A DNA stretch of 64,000 nt, taken from an uncultured bacterium. GTDB lineage: Bacteria > Chloroflexota > UBA5177 > JANWHV01. Shown here piece by piece: positions 9,943-20,670 of this stretch. Both the position numbers and the translations under genes were made by a program. Where the stretch lies: assembly GCA_963827235.1 (NCBI GenBank), contig CAWHAE010000017.1, positions 96,001 to 160,000 of the forward strand. Reading direction: 5' to 3'. The notes under the pieces are model-generated. The model saw nothing but the letters and a program-made list of their open reading frames with translations. It was not told the origin of the DNA and ran no database searches. Position 1 is the stretch's first letter; every line of letters begins with the position of its first letter.

Positions 9943-10653
9943 ATGCGTGACGAAGGCACGACGGGACCGCGAATCCGGATCAGGCCCGATGGGCCATATC
10001 TCGTCTCAGGCAGCGTTCCGCTGACGGAGCGGTATCCCGCCGTGGGCGCACACGGCGAGCCGCTGGCCTGGGATCCGGTAGGTGTCGAGGACGAGGGGCA
10101 GGATCCACCCGCGACCTGCGCGCTCTGCCGTTGCGGACACTCCGAGAGCAAGCCGTTCTGCGATGGCTCGCACGCTCGGGTGGGCTTTGTCGGCACGCTC
10201 ACCGCCGACCAGCGCCGGAGCGCTTCGCGTCGCACGACGCTGGTCGGGACGGGGATCGTGATGACCGACGACGCCCAGCTCTGTGTCCACGCCGGCTTCT
10301 GCGAGACAAGCCTGACCAATGCCTGGGAGATGGTGGAGCGGACCGGCGATCCGGAAGTACGGGCCCGCGTCGAGGTGATGATCGACAACTGCCCGTCAGG
10401 ACGGTTGCAGTGGGCGCCGGCCGAGGGGGCCGCACCCGTCGAGCCGGCCTACAGAGTGTCGATCGCGACAATCCCGGATGGACCACTCTGGGTGCGCGGC
10501 GGCATCCCCGTAGAGGCGCCCGATGGTCTGACCTACGAGGTGCGCAACCGCGTGGCCCTGTGCCGGTGCGGGCAATCGGGTAACAAGCCGTTCTGCGACG
10601 GCACACATAAGGCCGTCAACTTCCGTGCGCCACGGCGCGACCAGCAGGAGTAG
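9943..10653 (+). CDS. Double CDGSH iron-sulfur protein with central divergent 4Fe-4S domain
   Basis: LCRCGHSESKPFCDGSH and LCRCGQSGNKPFCDGTH flank CVHAGFC...NCPSGRL. Confidence 0.92.
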   Translation: MRDEGTTGPRIRIRPDGPYLVSGSVPLTERYPAVGAHGEPLAWDPVGVEDEGQDPPATCALCRCGHSESKPFCDGSHARVGFVGTLTADQRRSASRRTTLVGTGIVMTDDAQLCVHAGFCETSLTNAWEMVERTGDPEVRARVEVMIDNCPSGRLQWAPAEGAAPVEPAYRVSIATIPDGPLWVRGGIPVEAPDGLTYEVRNRVALCRCGQSGNKPFCDGTHKAVNFRAPRRDQQE

Positions 10654-10731
10654 CGGCGAGTACTGGCGCCGGCCACCAATGTCTTGGGCGCGAGATACGG
10701 CAACTGGGAAGATATCAGTGAGGGAATCTAC

Positions 10732-10971
10732 ATGGCGCAGCAAGAGCCAATCGTCATAGATGTTGTGCGTCTGCCGGACCCCATACAGGCGTTTGGGCCT
10801 GATTCAAGGAGTGGGTTCAGCAACCCAGTGTGCGCCAAGATGAGCGACGGGAACTCCGTCGATTTGTACTTCCATCAGGACGGCGAGCCGGATATTGCAA
10901 CCAGCGAGTTGGTCGGATTAACCGAGGCGCAAGCGCTGGCGCTCGTGAAGGAGCGTGGACTGCATCTCTGA
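10732..10971 (+). CDS. Small hypothetical protein
   Basis: 79-aa ORF with protein-like composition and GAGG RBS, downstream of the CDGSH gene. Confidence 0.55.
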   Translation: MAQQEPIVIDVVRLPDPIQAFGPDSRSGFSNPVCAKMSDGNSVDLYFHQDGEPDIATSELVGLTEAQALALVKERGLHL

Positions 10972-11105
10972 TGCTCGGACATTTGGGCTTGGTCGGTGTT
11001 GCTTTGGCCGCGGCCCAAGTAAGTCGGTCGAGGGCCCGCGATCACGGTAGGTACCGCGCGACTACCGTGGCGCGTCATGATGCCGGCGCCATCGCTCGAC
11101 GCATC

Positions 11106-11576
11106 TCACTGCGGTGTCTCATCGAGCTGATGCCACAGCATCGGCGAGTAGTGTTCTACAAAACTCTGCTGGATGTCATCCTTCGTCAGATCCTGCATGC
11201 CGTACTGCTGCAAACCGGATCGAATGGTCGACTTGGACACATATGCTTTCCCCATCCTGGTCCATGCCCGTGTTTCCGCGTACGGAATAACCTCGGCTGG
11301 GTGCACTTCCACCCGAATGGAGTACTCGATTTTCCGCGCACGGCCCTTCGACACGATGATGGTCGCCACGGCGTGCTCGGCATCTTCGGTGTAGGAGGAC
11401 ACCACAGCCATGCGCCCATGCTGTGCCAGCACGTCCTGCAATTCGCGAAACGCGGGAAGCACGGCCTCGTTGAAGAACGCCGTGACTTCTGGTCGCGGGC
11501 GCGGCTCGTCCTCTTCAGCCTGCCTGGCATCCACCTTCGTGAAGAGTTGTTCGAGATCAGATTGCCAATCGCTCAT
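11106..11576 (-). CDS. Hypothetical protein
   Basis: GGAG RBS, globular composition (MSDWQSDLEQLF...). Confidence 0.7.
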   Translation of the reverse strand: MSDWQSDLEQLFTKVDARQAEEDEPRPRPEVTAFFNEAVLPAFRELQDVLAQHGRMAVVSSYTEDAEHAVATIIVSKGRARKIEYSIRVEVHPAEVIPYAETRAWTRMGKAYVSKSTIRSGLQQYGMQDLTKDDIQQSFVEHYSPMLWHQLDETPQ

Positions 11577-11657
11577 GACGTTCTCCAGGAAAGACAGACC
11601 GACCACGGGGCATTCCAGAACCTCGCCACGGGAAGGTGCGCTCATCTGACCCGCCGG

Positions 11658-12143
11658 CTACGCCGGCAGGGAAGATCTTGCGCCTGTTCGCACCAACAGG
11701 ATGCCTGAACCTCCGTCGCGCGATACCCGGTCGGCCACGGACCCCAAGACCCAGTGCGTGAGGCCGGAGCGTCCATGCGTCGCCATCACCACCAACGCGT
11801 CCTTGCCAGCCACATCGATAATCGTCTGGGCGGGCTCGCCGCGCACGACTCGCGTCCGGCACGTCACATGCTCCTCCTGCAACCCTAGCGCTGCGGCTGT
11901 CAGATAGACCTGAGCCTCGGTCTCTTCAGCTCCGTCGCCGATCACCCGCAGCAACGTGACCTCGTGGACCACCGAACGGCCGAGTGCACGGACCACAGTG
12001 AGCGCTGCTTCGGCGAGCGTCGATCCGTCCAGTGGCACGACCACGCGCGTCAGGTCCGGCGGCGCAGTGAAGGCGCGCACCAGCAGTACCGGTGCGGTGC
12101 CGTGTCGCAGCAGGCGCTCCGCAACGGAGCCAGCCGGTGCCAC
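11658..12143 (-). pseudogene. 5'-truncated copy of the tandem universal stress protein
   Basis: From GSVAERLLRHGTAPVLLVRAF onward nearly identical to the C-half of 46746..47588; first domain missing, no clear RBS. Confidence 0.75.
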
Positions 12144-12156
12144 ACTCGGCCTACGA

Positions 12157-12576
12157 CTATCGGTTGTGGTACGAGTACGGCGGACGCGTGTACCCATCAT
12201 ACCAGTACGGTGAATAGCCGTAGTAGCCGTAGACCTCACCGCAGTAGCGCTCATCCAACGTCTTGACGAGCTTCGGATCGTAGCGTGGGGCGCCGTGCAG
12301 ATGCTCACCACCGCGATCGATGGTGACCGCGTCGTCGGCGATGCTGGTAATCGCGTCCACGGGAATCAGCACGTGCGTGGCACCCAGTCCGAAGAAGTCG
12401 CCGCACTCCACGCGGAGGAGCCGTACCCTGTTCTCGACGTCATCGACCATCAAGCCGTCGACGGTGCCAATGTGCTTCCCCGCGTTATCCAGGACTTTCC
12501 GGCCCCGGACGTCCTCGCCGGCGTGTGCTACCGTCTCGCCGATGTCATGCAAGCTCCGCATTGTCGAAGCGGTCAT
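12157..12576 (-). CDS. PRC-barrel protein with Tyr-rich tail, copy 2
   Basis: Close paralog of 9095..9514; AGGAGG RBS. Confidence 0.9.
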   Translation of the reverse strand: MTASTMRSLHDIGETVAHAGEDVRGRKVLDNAGKHIGTVDGLMVDDVENRVRLLRVECGDFFGLGATHVLIPVDAITSIADDAVTIDRGGEHLHGAPRYDPKLVKTLDERYCGEVYGYYGYSPYWYDGYTRPPYSYHNR

Positions 12577-12668
12577 GTGTGTCCTCCTTCTCAGGCGTTG
12601 TCCCCGGTCACGGCGCGATGACCATTGCGCGGCATTCGGCTCGCGTAGGGCCGCGAGGGATCCTCTCT

Positions 12669-12722
12669 AGCATGGGCCTGCTGCGCCTCAATGTCAATCA
12701 TAGATGAAATATCCTCTAGCTA
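12669..12722 (-). promoter_or_regulatory. Island promoter P6
   Basis: TAGCTAGAGGATATTTCATCTA, 3 nt, TTGACA, N17, CATGCT. Confidence 0.8.
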
Positions 12723-13088
12723 TAAGCGGTAAGATGCGCTACAATTCTTATGAATGCTATTAGGATCATAATATTAATACACACCGTGAGCCTCGGCAGG
12801 CCGCGGAAGATAGGAGGAAGGCTTCTCGAGACTCCGTAGCTGAGTGCACACGCATCGCGCCGCCGCGGCTACACCGTGAACGCGCAGGGCGAGGCGGACG
12901 ACATGGCAGGCTCATTAGCCGCCGGATACCGCACCCGGCAGAAGACCGTGACCGCGAACGGAGAATACACGATGCAGCGAGCGGAATTGGAGACAGGACC
13001 TTCACTCACTCGGCCCCTCGAGGTTCATCAGGCAGTTCTGAACGGATCACTGTAGGCACGTGGAAACGCATGTTAGGAGAAACTACTC

Positions 13089-13442
13089 ATGGCAACCCAA
13101 ACGATCCCTCGCGAGGAGTGGACACGGTTCTTTGACTGCTTCAGTGTCGATCATCGCGGCGCTATCGTCACCTTGGAGGCATGCAGTCCTGCGCTTGGCG
13201 ATCAGGAGGTAGCCCGTGAGCAGGTCTTTCGCGGTATCTCCGCAGACCTGAAAGACGGGGAGAATCGCATCGAGATCATGATGGGAGCCCTGCCTAACGA
13301 CGGCACAACGCATGCCGTGATGGCGCCGGAGCGGGTATGGCTCAACGATGCTCAGGGAGCCGGCAGCGAGACACTCGAGATTACCTGTGCTGAGGACGCC
13401 CGCACACTGCTGCACTTTGAACAGCAGGCATTGCTCCGCTAA
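13089..13442 (+). CDS. DUF5335-like protein
   Basis: TIPREEWTRFFDCFS..H.G..VTLE...FRGISADLK; AGGAG RBS. Confidence 0.75.
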   Translation: MATQTIPREEWTRFFDCFSVDHRGAIVTLEACSPALGDQEVAREQVFRGISADLKDGENRIEIMMGALPNDGTTHAVMAPERVWLNDAQGAGSETLEITCAEDARTLLHFEQQALLR

Positions 13443-13530
13443 GTAGCGCCGTGCGTCTTGCGAAACGCCGGCGCCTGAGGCCGGCCTACCCGGACACGCT
13501 AACAAGTGAGACGAGTTGGGAGAATCGAGC

Positions 13531-14199
13531 ATGAACAAAACGAAGGACGGCGTTGCCGGAAACATCAGCCAACTGATCACCTACGGGCAACGAGTCTACG
13601 ACTGCGACGGCAACAAGGTTGGCACGGTTGAACAGTATGACACCGAGATGGGGTGGATGACCGTGCAGAAGGGCGCCTTTGTGCATCATGAGCTGTATAT
13701 CCCGTTCAGCGTCGTCTGGACTATCGACAAGCGCGAGATCACGCTCACTCAGTCAAGGGATGACCTGTTGGCCTCGTACGCCAATCCGCCTGCCCGCACG
13801 ACGTCGGTGAAGAACATGGAGGTTGCCGGCAAGGGCACGCTTGAGCAGACCACAGTGACCACCGTCCCCAGCGGCTATACGGGTGCGCCCATCCAGGTTG
13901 ACCGGACCAATCTTGACGAAATCAAGCGCCAGATCGGCGTCGGGATGCGTGTGTTCGACGTCTACGGCGATAAGGTGGGCACGGTCGATGGCTACAACAC
14001 CGCGCATGATTACCTGAAAGTCAGCAGGAGCAGGTTTCTCCCACACGATCTGTTTGTACCGCTGGCACTCGTAGATGGCGTCGACCTGGAAGCGCGCGAC
14101 GTCCATCTCGCGGTCACCAAGGACCATCTCAGCCGGGTATGCGTTGTGTTGCCGGAGGACGGCTCTGCTCCCAGCACCGTCGTAGTTCCGGAGAACTAG
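13531..14199 (+). CDS. Two-domain PRC-barrel/DUF2171-like protein, copy 1
   Basis: Two G.RVYD.DG.KVGTV repeats with LYIPFS / LFVPL motifs. Confidence 0.8.
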   Translation: MNKTKDGVAGNISQLITYGQRVYDCDGNKVGTVEQYDTEMGWMTVQKGAFVHHELYIPFSVVWTIDKREITLTQSRDDLLASYANPPARTTSVKNMEVAGKGTLEQTTVTTVPSGYTGAPIQVDRTNLDEIKRQIGVGMRVFDVYGDKVGTVDGYNTAHDYLKVSRSRFLPHDLFVPLALVDGVDLEARDVHLAVTKDHLSRVCVVLPEDGSAPSTVVVPEN

Positions 14200-14288
14200 C
14201 AAGCCGCCGGCGGAAGCGACACGGGGGTTGCCGTTCGTAGCATGGCGACCGCGGTGAACGCGTGCACAACGTAGCGATGGGTGGGGGG

Positions 14289-15305
14289 ATGGCCGACAGG
14301 CGGGAGATCGGAGCAACGCACCGGAGTGTGCTCGTCTACTTGGCCGTGAACTGCGCTGAGCTGCTCTCCCTGGCGATTGCGGCGTGGCTGACCGGCTCGG
14401 TGGCCCTGCGAGCCCAGACCGCGGCCAACTCGGCCGAGATCGCGGTCGAGCTCTTCTTGCTCATTGGCGTGCTGAGCAGCCTTCGGTCCCCCGATGACAC
14501 GCACCCGCTTGGGTACGGACGGGAGCGCTTCTTCTGGTCATTGTTCGCTGCCCTCGGCATGTTTATCGGAGGAAGCGGACTCTCGCTTGAGGAGGCCGTC
14601 CGTGCCGCGTTGCACCCTTCACCCGTTGACTCGTATCCGCTCGCCTACCTGGTATTGGCCACAACCGTCGCACTGGATGTGTTCGCCCTGGAGGTGGCAT
14701 TGCGACCACTACGGAAACAGGCGGCCGGACTGGGTGGCACACTGCGCGATCTGTTGCACCGAAGCACGGATCCCGCCAGCATCACCGTCGTCGTGGGCGG
14801 AGGCAGCGCAGTAATCGGCGGTATCGCAGCCGCGATCGGGTTAGCCCTGAGCCAGGCGACCGCAAGCTCAACGCCTGACACGGTCGCGAGCGCGCTTATT
14901 GGCCTGTTGCTCCTTGGCGCCTCCGTGCTCTTGCTGCGCACGAACCGCGCGCTTCTCTCCGGCCGGGGACTACCGCTTGCGATGCTGCGCGAAATGTCCC
15001 GAATCGTCGCCGCCCAGCCTGGGGTGGTCGACGTCCCGGACCTGTTCGGCGTCGTGATCGGGCCGTCGATCTTGATCGTCAACGGCGATGTCACCTTCGC
15101 CGACGACCTGGACGTACCGGCGGTGGAACAGGCCATCGTGCGTTCGGCTGCCGCGCTTCGAGAACGTTGGCCCTCAATCGAGTACCTCTACCTCACACCA
15201 GTCTCAAAGGCTCGCTCACGCCGTTCCGTTCGATCCAACTACCCGGCCGTCGACGGCAGGTTATCCGGAGAGGGCTACTCCGTGCGCGGCGGTGTGCCGG
15301 ACTAG
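14289..15305 (+). CDS. Cation diffusion facilitator (CDF) transporter
   Basis: TGSVAL, HPLGYGRERFFWSL, six TM segments; canonical His/Asp metal ligands look altered. Confidence 0.85.
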   Translation: MADRREIGATHRSVLVYLAVNCAELLSLAIAAWLTGSVALRAQTAANSAEIAVELFLLIGVLSSLRSPDDTHPLGYGRERFFWSLFAALGMFIGGSGLSLEEAVRAALHPSPVDSYPLAYLVLATTVALDVFALEVALRPLRKQAAGLGGTLRDLLHRSTDPASITVVVGGGSAVIGGIAAAIGLALSQATASSTPDTVASALIGLLLLGASVLLLRTNRALLSGRGLPLAMLREMSRIVAAQPGVVDVPDLFGVVIGPSILIVNGDVTFADDLDVPAVEQAIVRSAAALRERWPSIEYLYLTPVSKARSRRSVRSNYPAVDGRLSGEGYSVRGGVPD

Positions 15306-15358
15306 GATCGCGCTTTTGGAACATCTTGTCGCCCATCGCTTGGCGTTTTGCCCTGGCT

Positions 15359-17278
15359 CTACACCCGCACCGGCTTGAGCCACAGGACGGCGAGCGGCGG
15401 GAGCGTGATCGAGAGAGAGTACTCGTATCCGTCGAGAGGGCTGTCGTCAGTTGCCAGTCCCGCGCTATTGGCGACGCCGGAGCCCCCGAAGTCCGAGGCG
15501 TCGGTGTTGAGCACCTCGACCCAGCTGCCTCGCTGCGGGACGCCGATACGATAGCTGTAGCGCACCACCGGCGCCCAGTTGACGACCATGGCGACGGCAT
15601 CCGTGACGTTCTGGCCCTGACGCAAGATCGCCACGACCGATTGTGCGGCGTCGCTGCCGTCAATCCAGGCGAAGCTCCCGGGAACGGCATCACCATCGTA
15701 GAGCGCGCGTTCCTTCGTGTAGAGCCGGTTCAGCTGCGCCACATATTCCTGCAGCTGGCGATGACAGAGGCCCGAGGCGCCCTCCAGCACGTGCCAGTCG
15801 AGCGAAGACTGGGCGGCCCATTCGCGCCGTTGCGCAAACTCTCCGCCCATGAACAGCAGCTTCTTGCCCGGATGGGCATACATGAAGGCAAGGAGGGCAC
15901 GCACGGTGGCGAAGCGCTGCCAGTCGTCTCCCGGCACCTTCTCGATCAGCGATCTCTTGCCATGCACGACCTCGTCGTGCGAGAGCGGCAGGATGTAGTG
16001 CTCGGAGAATGCATACGTGAACGAGAACGTCGTCTCACTCTGGTAGTCGGTACGGGAGCTGGGGTCGCGGGCGACATACTGCAGCAGGTCGTGCATCCAG
16101 CCCATGTTCCACTTCAGGTCGAAGCCAAGCCCACCGCCGGACGTTGGTTTGGTCATGCCCGGCCACGTCGTCGACTCCTCGGCACACGTCACGGCGCCGG
16201 GGTGATGCGCATGCACCGTGTCGTTGAAGCGGCCCAAGAAGGCGACAGCCTCAAGGTTCTCACGCCCACCGTGCTCATTCGGCACCCAGCGGCCCGGCCC
16301 GCGGTCGAAGTCTCGGTACACCATTGCGCTCACGGCGTCGACACGCAACCCGTCAAGGTGATATTCCGCGAGCCAGTAGTGTGCATTGGAGAGCAGAAAC
16401 GTCAGCACTTCATTGCGTTCGAAGTTGAAGACATAGGTGCCCCAGCTGAGATGCTCGCCCTGCCGAGGATCGGCGTGTTCATACAGGTGGGTGCCGTCAA
16501 AATAGCCCAGGCTGTAGCCTTCCTTGGCAAAGTGGCCGGGAACCCAATCAAGGATGACGCCGATGCCGTTCTGGTGGCAGCGGTCAACGAAGTACATGAG
16601 CTCGTGCGGCGTGCCGAAGCGATTCGTGGGGGAGAAATATCCGGTAGCCTGGTATCCCCACGAGCCGTCGAAGGGGTGCTCGTTGATCGGCAAGAGCTCG
16701 ATGTGGGTGAAGCCGAGGTCCTTCACGTAGTCCACCAGCGCGCGGGCAAGCTCGGTGTAGCTCAGGAAGCCATTGTCTGCACCGCGTCGCCACGACCCCG
16801 CGTGAACCTCGTAAACAGCCATGGGCTGCGACAGTATGTCGAGATCGGCCCGGCGCTCCATCCACTCCTTGTCGCCCCACGCGTAGCCGGCGAGCTCGTA
16901 GACAACCGATGCGGTACCGGGGAGTGGCTCGGCCCGGAAGGCATACGGGTCGGCTCGCTCCGTGCGGTAACCCAGGTAACGGGAGTCGATCGCGTACTTG
17001 TAGGCCGCCCCTTCGTCCAGTTCACGGACAAAGCCAACCCAGATCCCGCTCTCGCCGTGCAGCGCGAGCGGAGTCCGGCCACGCTCCCATCCGTTGAAGT
17101 CACCGATAACGCTGACGTTCGCCGCTCCCGGCGCCCACACAGCCAGGTTGGTGCCCATGACACCGTCGACCATTCTCCGATGAGCGCCCATCTTCGCGTA
17201 GGCATCCAGCCACGTACCCTCGTTGAACAGGTAGATATCCTGATCGGTCAGCACTGGATCAGCCGCGGCCGCGAGCAT
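15359..17278 (-). CDS. glgB: 1,4-alpha-glucan branching enzyme
   Basis: YEVHAGSW, EHPFDGSWGYQ, DWVPGHF, DGLRVDAV, AEEST, LSHDEVVHGK. Confidence 0.97.
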   Translation of the reverse strand: MLAAAADPVLTDQDIYLFNEGTWLDAYAKMGAHRRMVDGVMGTNLAVWAPGAANVSVIGDFNGWERGRTPLALHGESGIWVGFVRELDEGAAYKYAIDSRYLGYRTERADPYAFRAEPLPGTASVVYELAGYAWGDKEWMERRADLDILSQPMAVYEVHAGSWRRGADNGFLSYTELARALVDYVKDLGFTHIELLPINEHPFDGSWGYQATGYFSPTNRFGTPHELMYFVDRCHQNGIGVILDWVPGHFAKEGYSLGYFDGTHLYEHADPRQGEHLSWGTYVFNFERNEVLTFLLSNAHYWLAEYHLDGLRVDAVSAMVYRDFDRGPGRWVPNEHGGRENLEAVAFLGRFNDTVHAHHPGAVTCAEESTTWPGMTKPTSGGGLGFDLKWNMGWMHDLLQYVARDPSSRTDYQSETTFSFTYAFSEHYILPLSHDEVVHGKRSLIEKVPGDDWQRFATVRALLAFMYAHPGKKLLFMGGEFAQRREWAAQSSLDWHVLEGASGLCHRQLQEYVAQLNRLYTKERALYDGDAVPGSFAWIDGSDAAQSVVAILRQGQNVTDAVAMVVNWAPVVRYSYRIGVPQRGSWVEVLNTDASDFGGSGVANSAGLATDDSPLDGYEYSLSITLPPLAVLWLKPVRV

Positions 17279-17424
17279 GGCGAGTCCTCCAGAAGCGTGA
17301 CACACTCACACGGTTCAACAACATCTCCAACTGCACGCCGGCCGCTCGAGCGGGCGTCAGTTGGCTGGGCAGAGCCGCCGGTGCCCTTACACGAAGGCTG
17401 TGGCTACATGCACGTGCAGCACCC

Positions 17425-17772
17425 CTACTGCGGCGTAGCTCCAGCTGACCTTCGCCGGCGTGTAGGGACTTCCACTTCGTCGATACCGTGCGCGCGCATC
17501 CAAATCCGATGATCTGCCACGACGCGCGCCAGATCGGCTCGCAAGGCAACCGCACGCTCCCGCGCCAACACGGATGGCTCCATGCCGCTTGGATCCGCTA
17601 TCGACCCTGTCCCGGCATACCGCCGTTCCGCTGCCTGGCGTGCCATCGTCGACTCCCGCAAATGGGCTCGCCAGGCGGCTGAGCGGTCTGCGCCGTCCTG
17701 CAACAGCCCATCGACGAGAGCACCTTCCTGGCGTATCAAACCATCAGGGCGTAAGCCGTGATCAAAGCGCAC
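17425..17772 (-). CDS. Hypothetical protein upstream of glgB
   Basis: GTG start with a strong AAAGGAGG RBS. Confidence 0.55.
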   Translation of the reverse strand: MRFDHGLRPDGLIRQEGALVDGLLQDGADRSAAWRAHLRESTMARQAAERRYAGTGSIADPSGMEPSVLARERAVALRADLARVVADHRIWMRAHGIDEVEVPTRRRRSAGATPQ

Positions 17773-17938
17773 GCCGCGCCTCCTTTCGTACTCCTGCTAC
17801 CCACGAGCCGGGGGCGGGGCCGGCGCATGGCCATCCCTTGCCGCCACGCGAGCGACGTCGCCAGCCCACGCGGCTCTGGCATGCCCGCCGACGCCGTGCC
17901 CTTATGCTGGCGGCATTCTCAACCATGTTGGGCAGCAT
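17762..17938 (-). CDS. Small Arg-rich hypothetical peptide
   Basis: AGGAG RBS before MLPNMVEN...; first ORF after promoter P7; its stop overlaps the next gene. Confidence 0.3.
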   Translation of the reverse strand: MLPNMVENAASIRARRRRACQSRVGWRRRSRGGKGWPCAGPAPGSWVAGVRKEARRAL

Positions 17939-18000
17939 CGGCATCTCCTGGCACCGCATCGCTTCAGGAGTAGCTCCCGAGGTGCTGGCTGCCGATTCGT

Positions 18001-18108
18001 AGTATAGACCGGTGTCTTGTCGATGTCAATGATAACGAGAATAGTATAAACATAATCTTGGATGACTACGCCGAATTCTGCTCGTATGGTTGGAGTATCC
18101 TCATGCTA
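18001..18108 (-). promoter_or_regulatory. Island promoter P7 (glgB side) with distal box
   Basis: TTGACA-N17-TATACT, degenerate proximal box 18033-18054, distal box TGGTTGGAG-TATC-CTCATGCTA at 18087-18108. Confidence 0.65.
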
Positions 18109-18537
18109 ATTTCATGACAGTGAGTTGGGGCACGACAGAGTGAACGCGCAAACAAGATCCTCCCGAATGAAGCAGGCGATCTCCTGCTCGTGGTTACCGC
18201 ATTCGAGAGAGCCGTCGCCGCGCCTGGTCTTGCGGACCCGACGGTCACCCTGCCTGCTGTCTCGGGCGCGGTCGTAGCGCGCCTACCGGCACTGGTCTGA
18301 GGCAGCCGAGCAGGGATCAGCGACGCGCGCACCGGGGCGGTAAGTCGGCTTGCCCACTAGCTATCGTGGCGTCTCCACGCCGCTCAATGGCCCGATCCAC
18401 TGCCGCGCGTCGCGGGACCGGCCGCTGCAGTTGTCCACGGGCACGAGATCCGGTGCATTCGCCCGCTGGATCGATTGGCGCTTATTCAGTGATGATACTC
18501 ATAGCATAGAGTGGAAAGCCAGAGGTCTTCCATGCTA

Positions 18538-18591
18538 TAGTGAGAATAATATAGGTCAATGGTTGACGCCGCCGGGCTGGAAGCCCATACT
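18538..18591 (+). promoter_or_regulatory. Island promoter P8 (dnaK)
   Basis: TAGTGAGAATAATATAGGTCAA, 3 nt, TTGACG, N17, CATACT. Confidence 0.75.
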
Positions 18592-18729
18592 GTGACGGGA
18601 TGCGTGGCCTGTCTCGCAGGTTGGGTGGTCCCATGTCGGGCAGTGGAGACAGAAATACAGCCGGCCGGCTCAGCTGTTGTGGTAGAGAGGCGCGTGGCTG
18701 CATCCGCCGCGCGGGAAAGGTAGTCAACT

Positions 18730-20667
18730 ATGGGAAAAGTAATCGGCATCGATCTCGGAACCACCAATTCGTGTGTGGCGGTGATGGAGGGCGGCGAGCC
18801 GGTGGTCATCCCCAATGCCGAGGGCAGCCGCACCACCCCGTCGGTCGTCGCGTTCACCAAGACGGGAGAGCGCCTCGTCGGCCAGGTCGCCAAGAGGCAG
18901 GCAATCACGAACTCCGAGAATACCGTGTTCAGCGTGAAGCGCTTCATGGGCCGCAAGTATGCTGAGCCGGATGTCGATCGCGACAAGCGGCTTGTTCCAT
19001 ACAAAGTCACGGCCCGCCCGAACGGCGATGCCGCCATCGACGTCATGGGCAAGCAGTACGCGCCCGCCGAGATCAGCGCGATGATCCTGGGCAAGATGAA
19101 GACCGACGCCGAGGCATACCTGGGTACCAAGGTCACGGACGCCATTGTCACGGTTCCGGCGTACTTCAACAACAGCCAACGTGAGGCCACCAAGGATGCC
19201 GGCAAGATTGCCGGCCTCAACGTGCTGCGCATCATCAACGAGCCGACTGCATCGGCACTCGCCTACGGACTGGACAAGAAGAAGGACGAAAAGATCGCCG
19301 TCTACGACCTGGGCGGCGGCACCTTCGACATCTCAATCCTCGAGCTCGGCGACGGCGTGTTCGAGGTCAAGAGCACGAACGGCGACACACACCTGGGCGG
19401 CGATGATTTCGATCAGCGCATCATCAACTGGCTGGCCGATGAGTTTCGCCGCGAGCAGGGCATCGACGTGCGCGAGGACCGGGTCGCGCTCCAGCGCTTG
19501 AAGGAAGCGGCGGAGAAGGCCAAGATCGAGCTCAGCAGCGCGTTGACCACAGAGATCAACCTGCCCTTCGTCACCGCCGATGCCTCCGGGCCAAAGCACC
19601 TCGTGATTACGCTGACCCGGGCGAAGCTGGAACAGCTGGTCGGCGAGCTGGTCGAGCGGTCCAAGGGGCCGGTGAACCAGGCGCTGAAGGACGCCGGCTT
19701 GCGCCCGTCGGATGTCGACGAAGTCGTGCTCGTCGGCGGCCAGACCCGCATGCCTGCGGTGCAGGCCATGGTGCGGGAGCTGTTCGGGAAGGAACCGAAC
19801 CGCAGCGTGAACCCGGACGAAGTCGTGGCGATCGGCGCCGCGATCCAAGCGGGTGTGTTGTCCGGGGAGGTAAAGGATGTCCTCCTGCTCGACGTCACCC
19901 CGTTGAGCCTGGGCATCGAGACACTGGGCGGCGTCTTCACCAAGCTGATCCAACGGAACACGACAATACCCACGAGCAAGAGCCAGGTGTTTTCGACCGC
20001 GGCGGACAACCAGTCGAGCGTGGAGATCCAGGTGCTGCAAGGAGAGCGCGAGCTGGCCCAGTATAACAAGACGCTGGGCAAGTTCCACCTCGAAGGCATT
20101 CCGCCGGCACCGCGCGGCATGCCGCAGATCGAAGTCACGTTCGATATCGACGCCAACGGTGTGGTGCACGTGTCCGCCAAGGACAAGGGCACGGGCAAGG
20201 ATAAGAAGATCACCATTACGGCTTCCAGCGGGCTGGCCAAAGACGAGGTCGAGCGCATGGTGCGCGAAGCGGAGTCGCATGCCGCCGACGACACGCGCAA
20301 GCGTGAGGAAGTCGAGGCGCGCAACGCGGCAGACAACATGGTCTACAGCGCGGAGAAGACGATCGACGAGCACGGGAAGCGCATCAGCGGCGAGCTGAAG
20401 TCCGAGATCGAGCGACACATCGGCGATGTCAAGGCCGCGCTGAAGACCGACGACGTCGAACGCGTCATAGCCACGTCGGAGGCGCTCAAGAAAGCCTTGC
20501 AGGGAGTCGGCGCCGCGATCTACGGCCAACCGGGAGCCGCGGACGACCCCGCAAACGGCTCGAGCCCCAATGGCGGAGGCTTCGGCGGTCATGCTGAGGC
20601 CTACGGGAAAGCCGGGGCGCCAGAGCATGACGAGGACGCCGTGGAGGGCGAGTACCAGGAAGTGTAG
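18730..20667 (+). CDS. dnaK: Chaperone DnaK
   Basis: [35 protein letters not shown]. Confidence 0.99.
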   Translation: MGKVIGIDLGTTNSCVAVMEGGEPVVIPNAEGSRTTPSVVAFTKTGERLVGQVAKRQAITNSENTVFSVKRFMGRKYAEPDVDRDKRLVPYKVTARPNGDAAIDVMGKQYAPAEISAMILGKMKTDAEAYLGTKVTDAIVTVPAYFNNSQREATKDAGKIAGLNVLRIINEPTASALAYGLDKKKDEKIAVYDLGGGTFDISILELGDGVFEVKSTNGDTHLGGDDFDQRIINWLADEFRREQGIDVREDRVALQRLKEAAEKAKIELSSALTTEINLPFVTADASGPKHLVITLTRAKLEQLVGELVERSKGPVNQALKDAGLRPSDVDEVVLVGGQTRMPAVQAMVRELFGKEPNRSVNPDEVVAIGAAIQAGVLSGEVKDVLLLDVTPLSLGIETLGGVFTKLIQRNTTIPTSKSQVFSTAADNQSSVEIQVLQGERELAQYNKTLGKFHLEGIPPAPRGMPQIEVTFDIDANGVVHVSAKDKGTGKDKKITITASSGLAKDEVERMVREAESHAADDTRKREEVEARNAADNMVYSAEKTIDEHGKRISGELKSEIERHIGDVKAALKTDDVERVIATSEALKKALQGVGAAIYGQPGAADDPANGSSPNGGGFGGHAEAYGKAGAPEHDEDAVEGEYQEV

Positions 20668-20670
20668 TGT

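Noticed and set aside
15167-17512. Long plus-strand ORF opposite glgB (also 28445..30094, 50046..51476, 58218..59543, 59867..61219)
   Set aside because: Each mirrors a confidently identified gene on the other strand and shows no motifs of its own.
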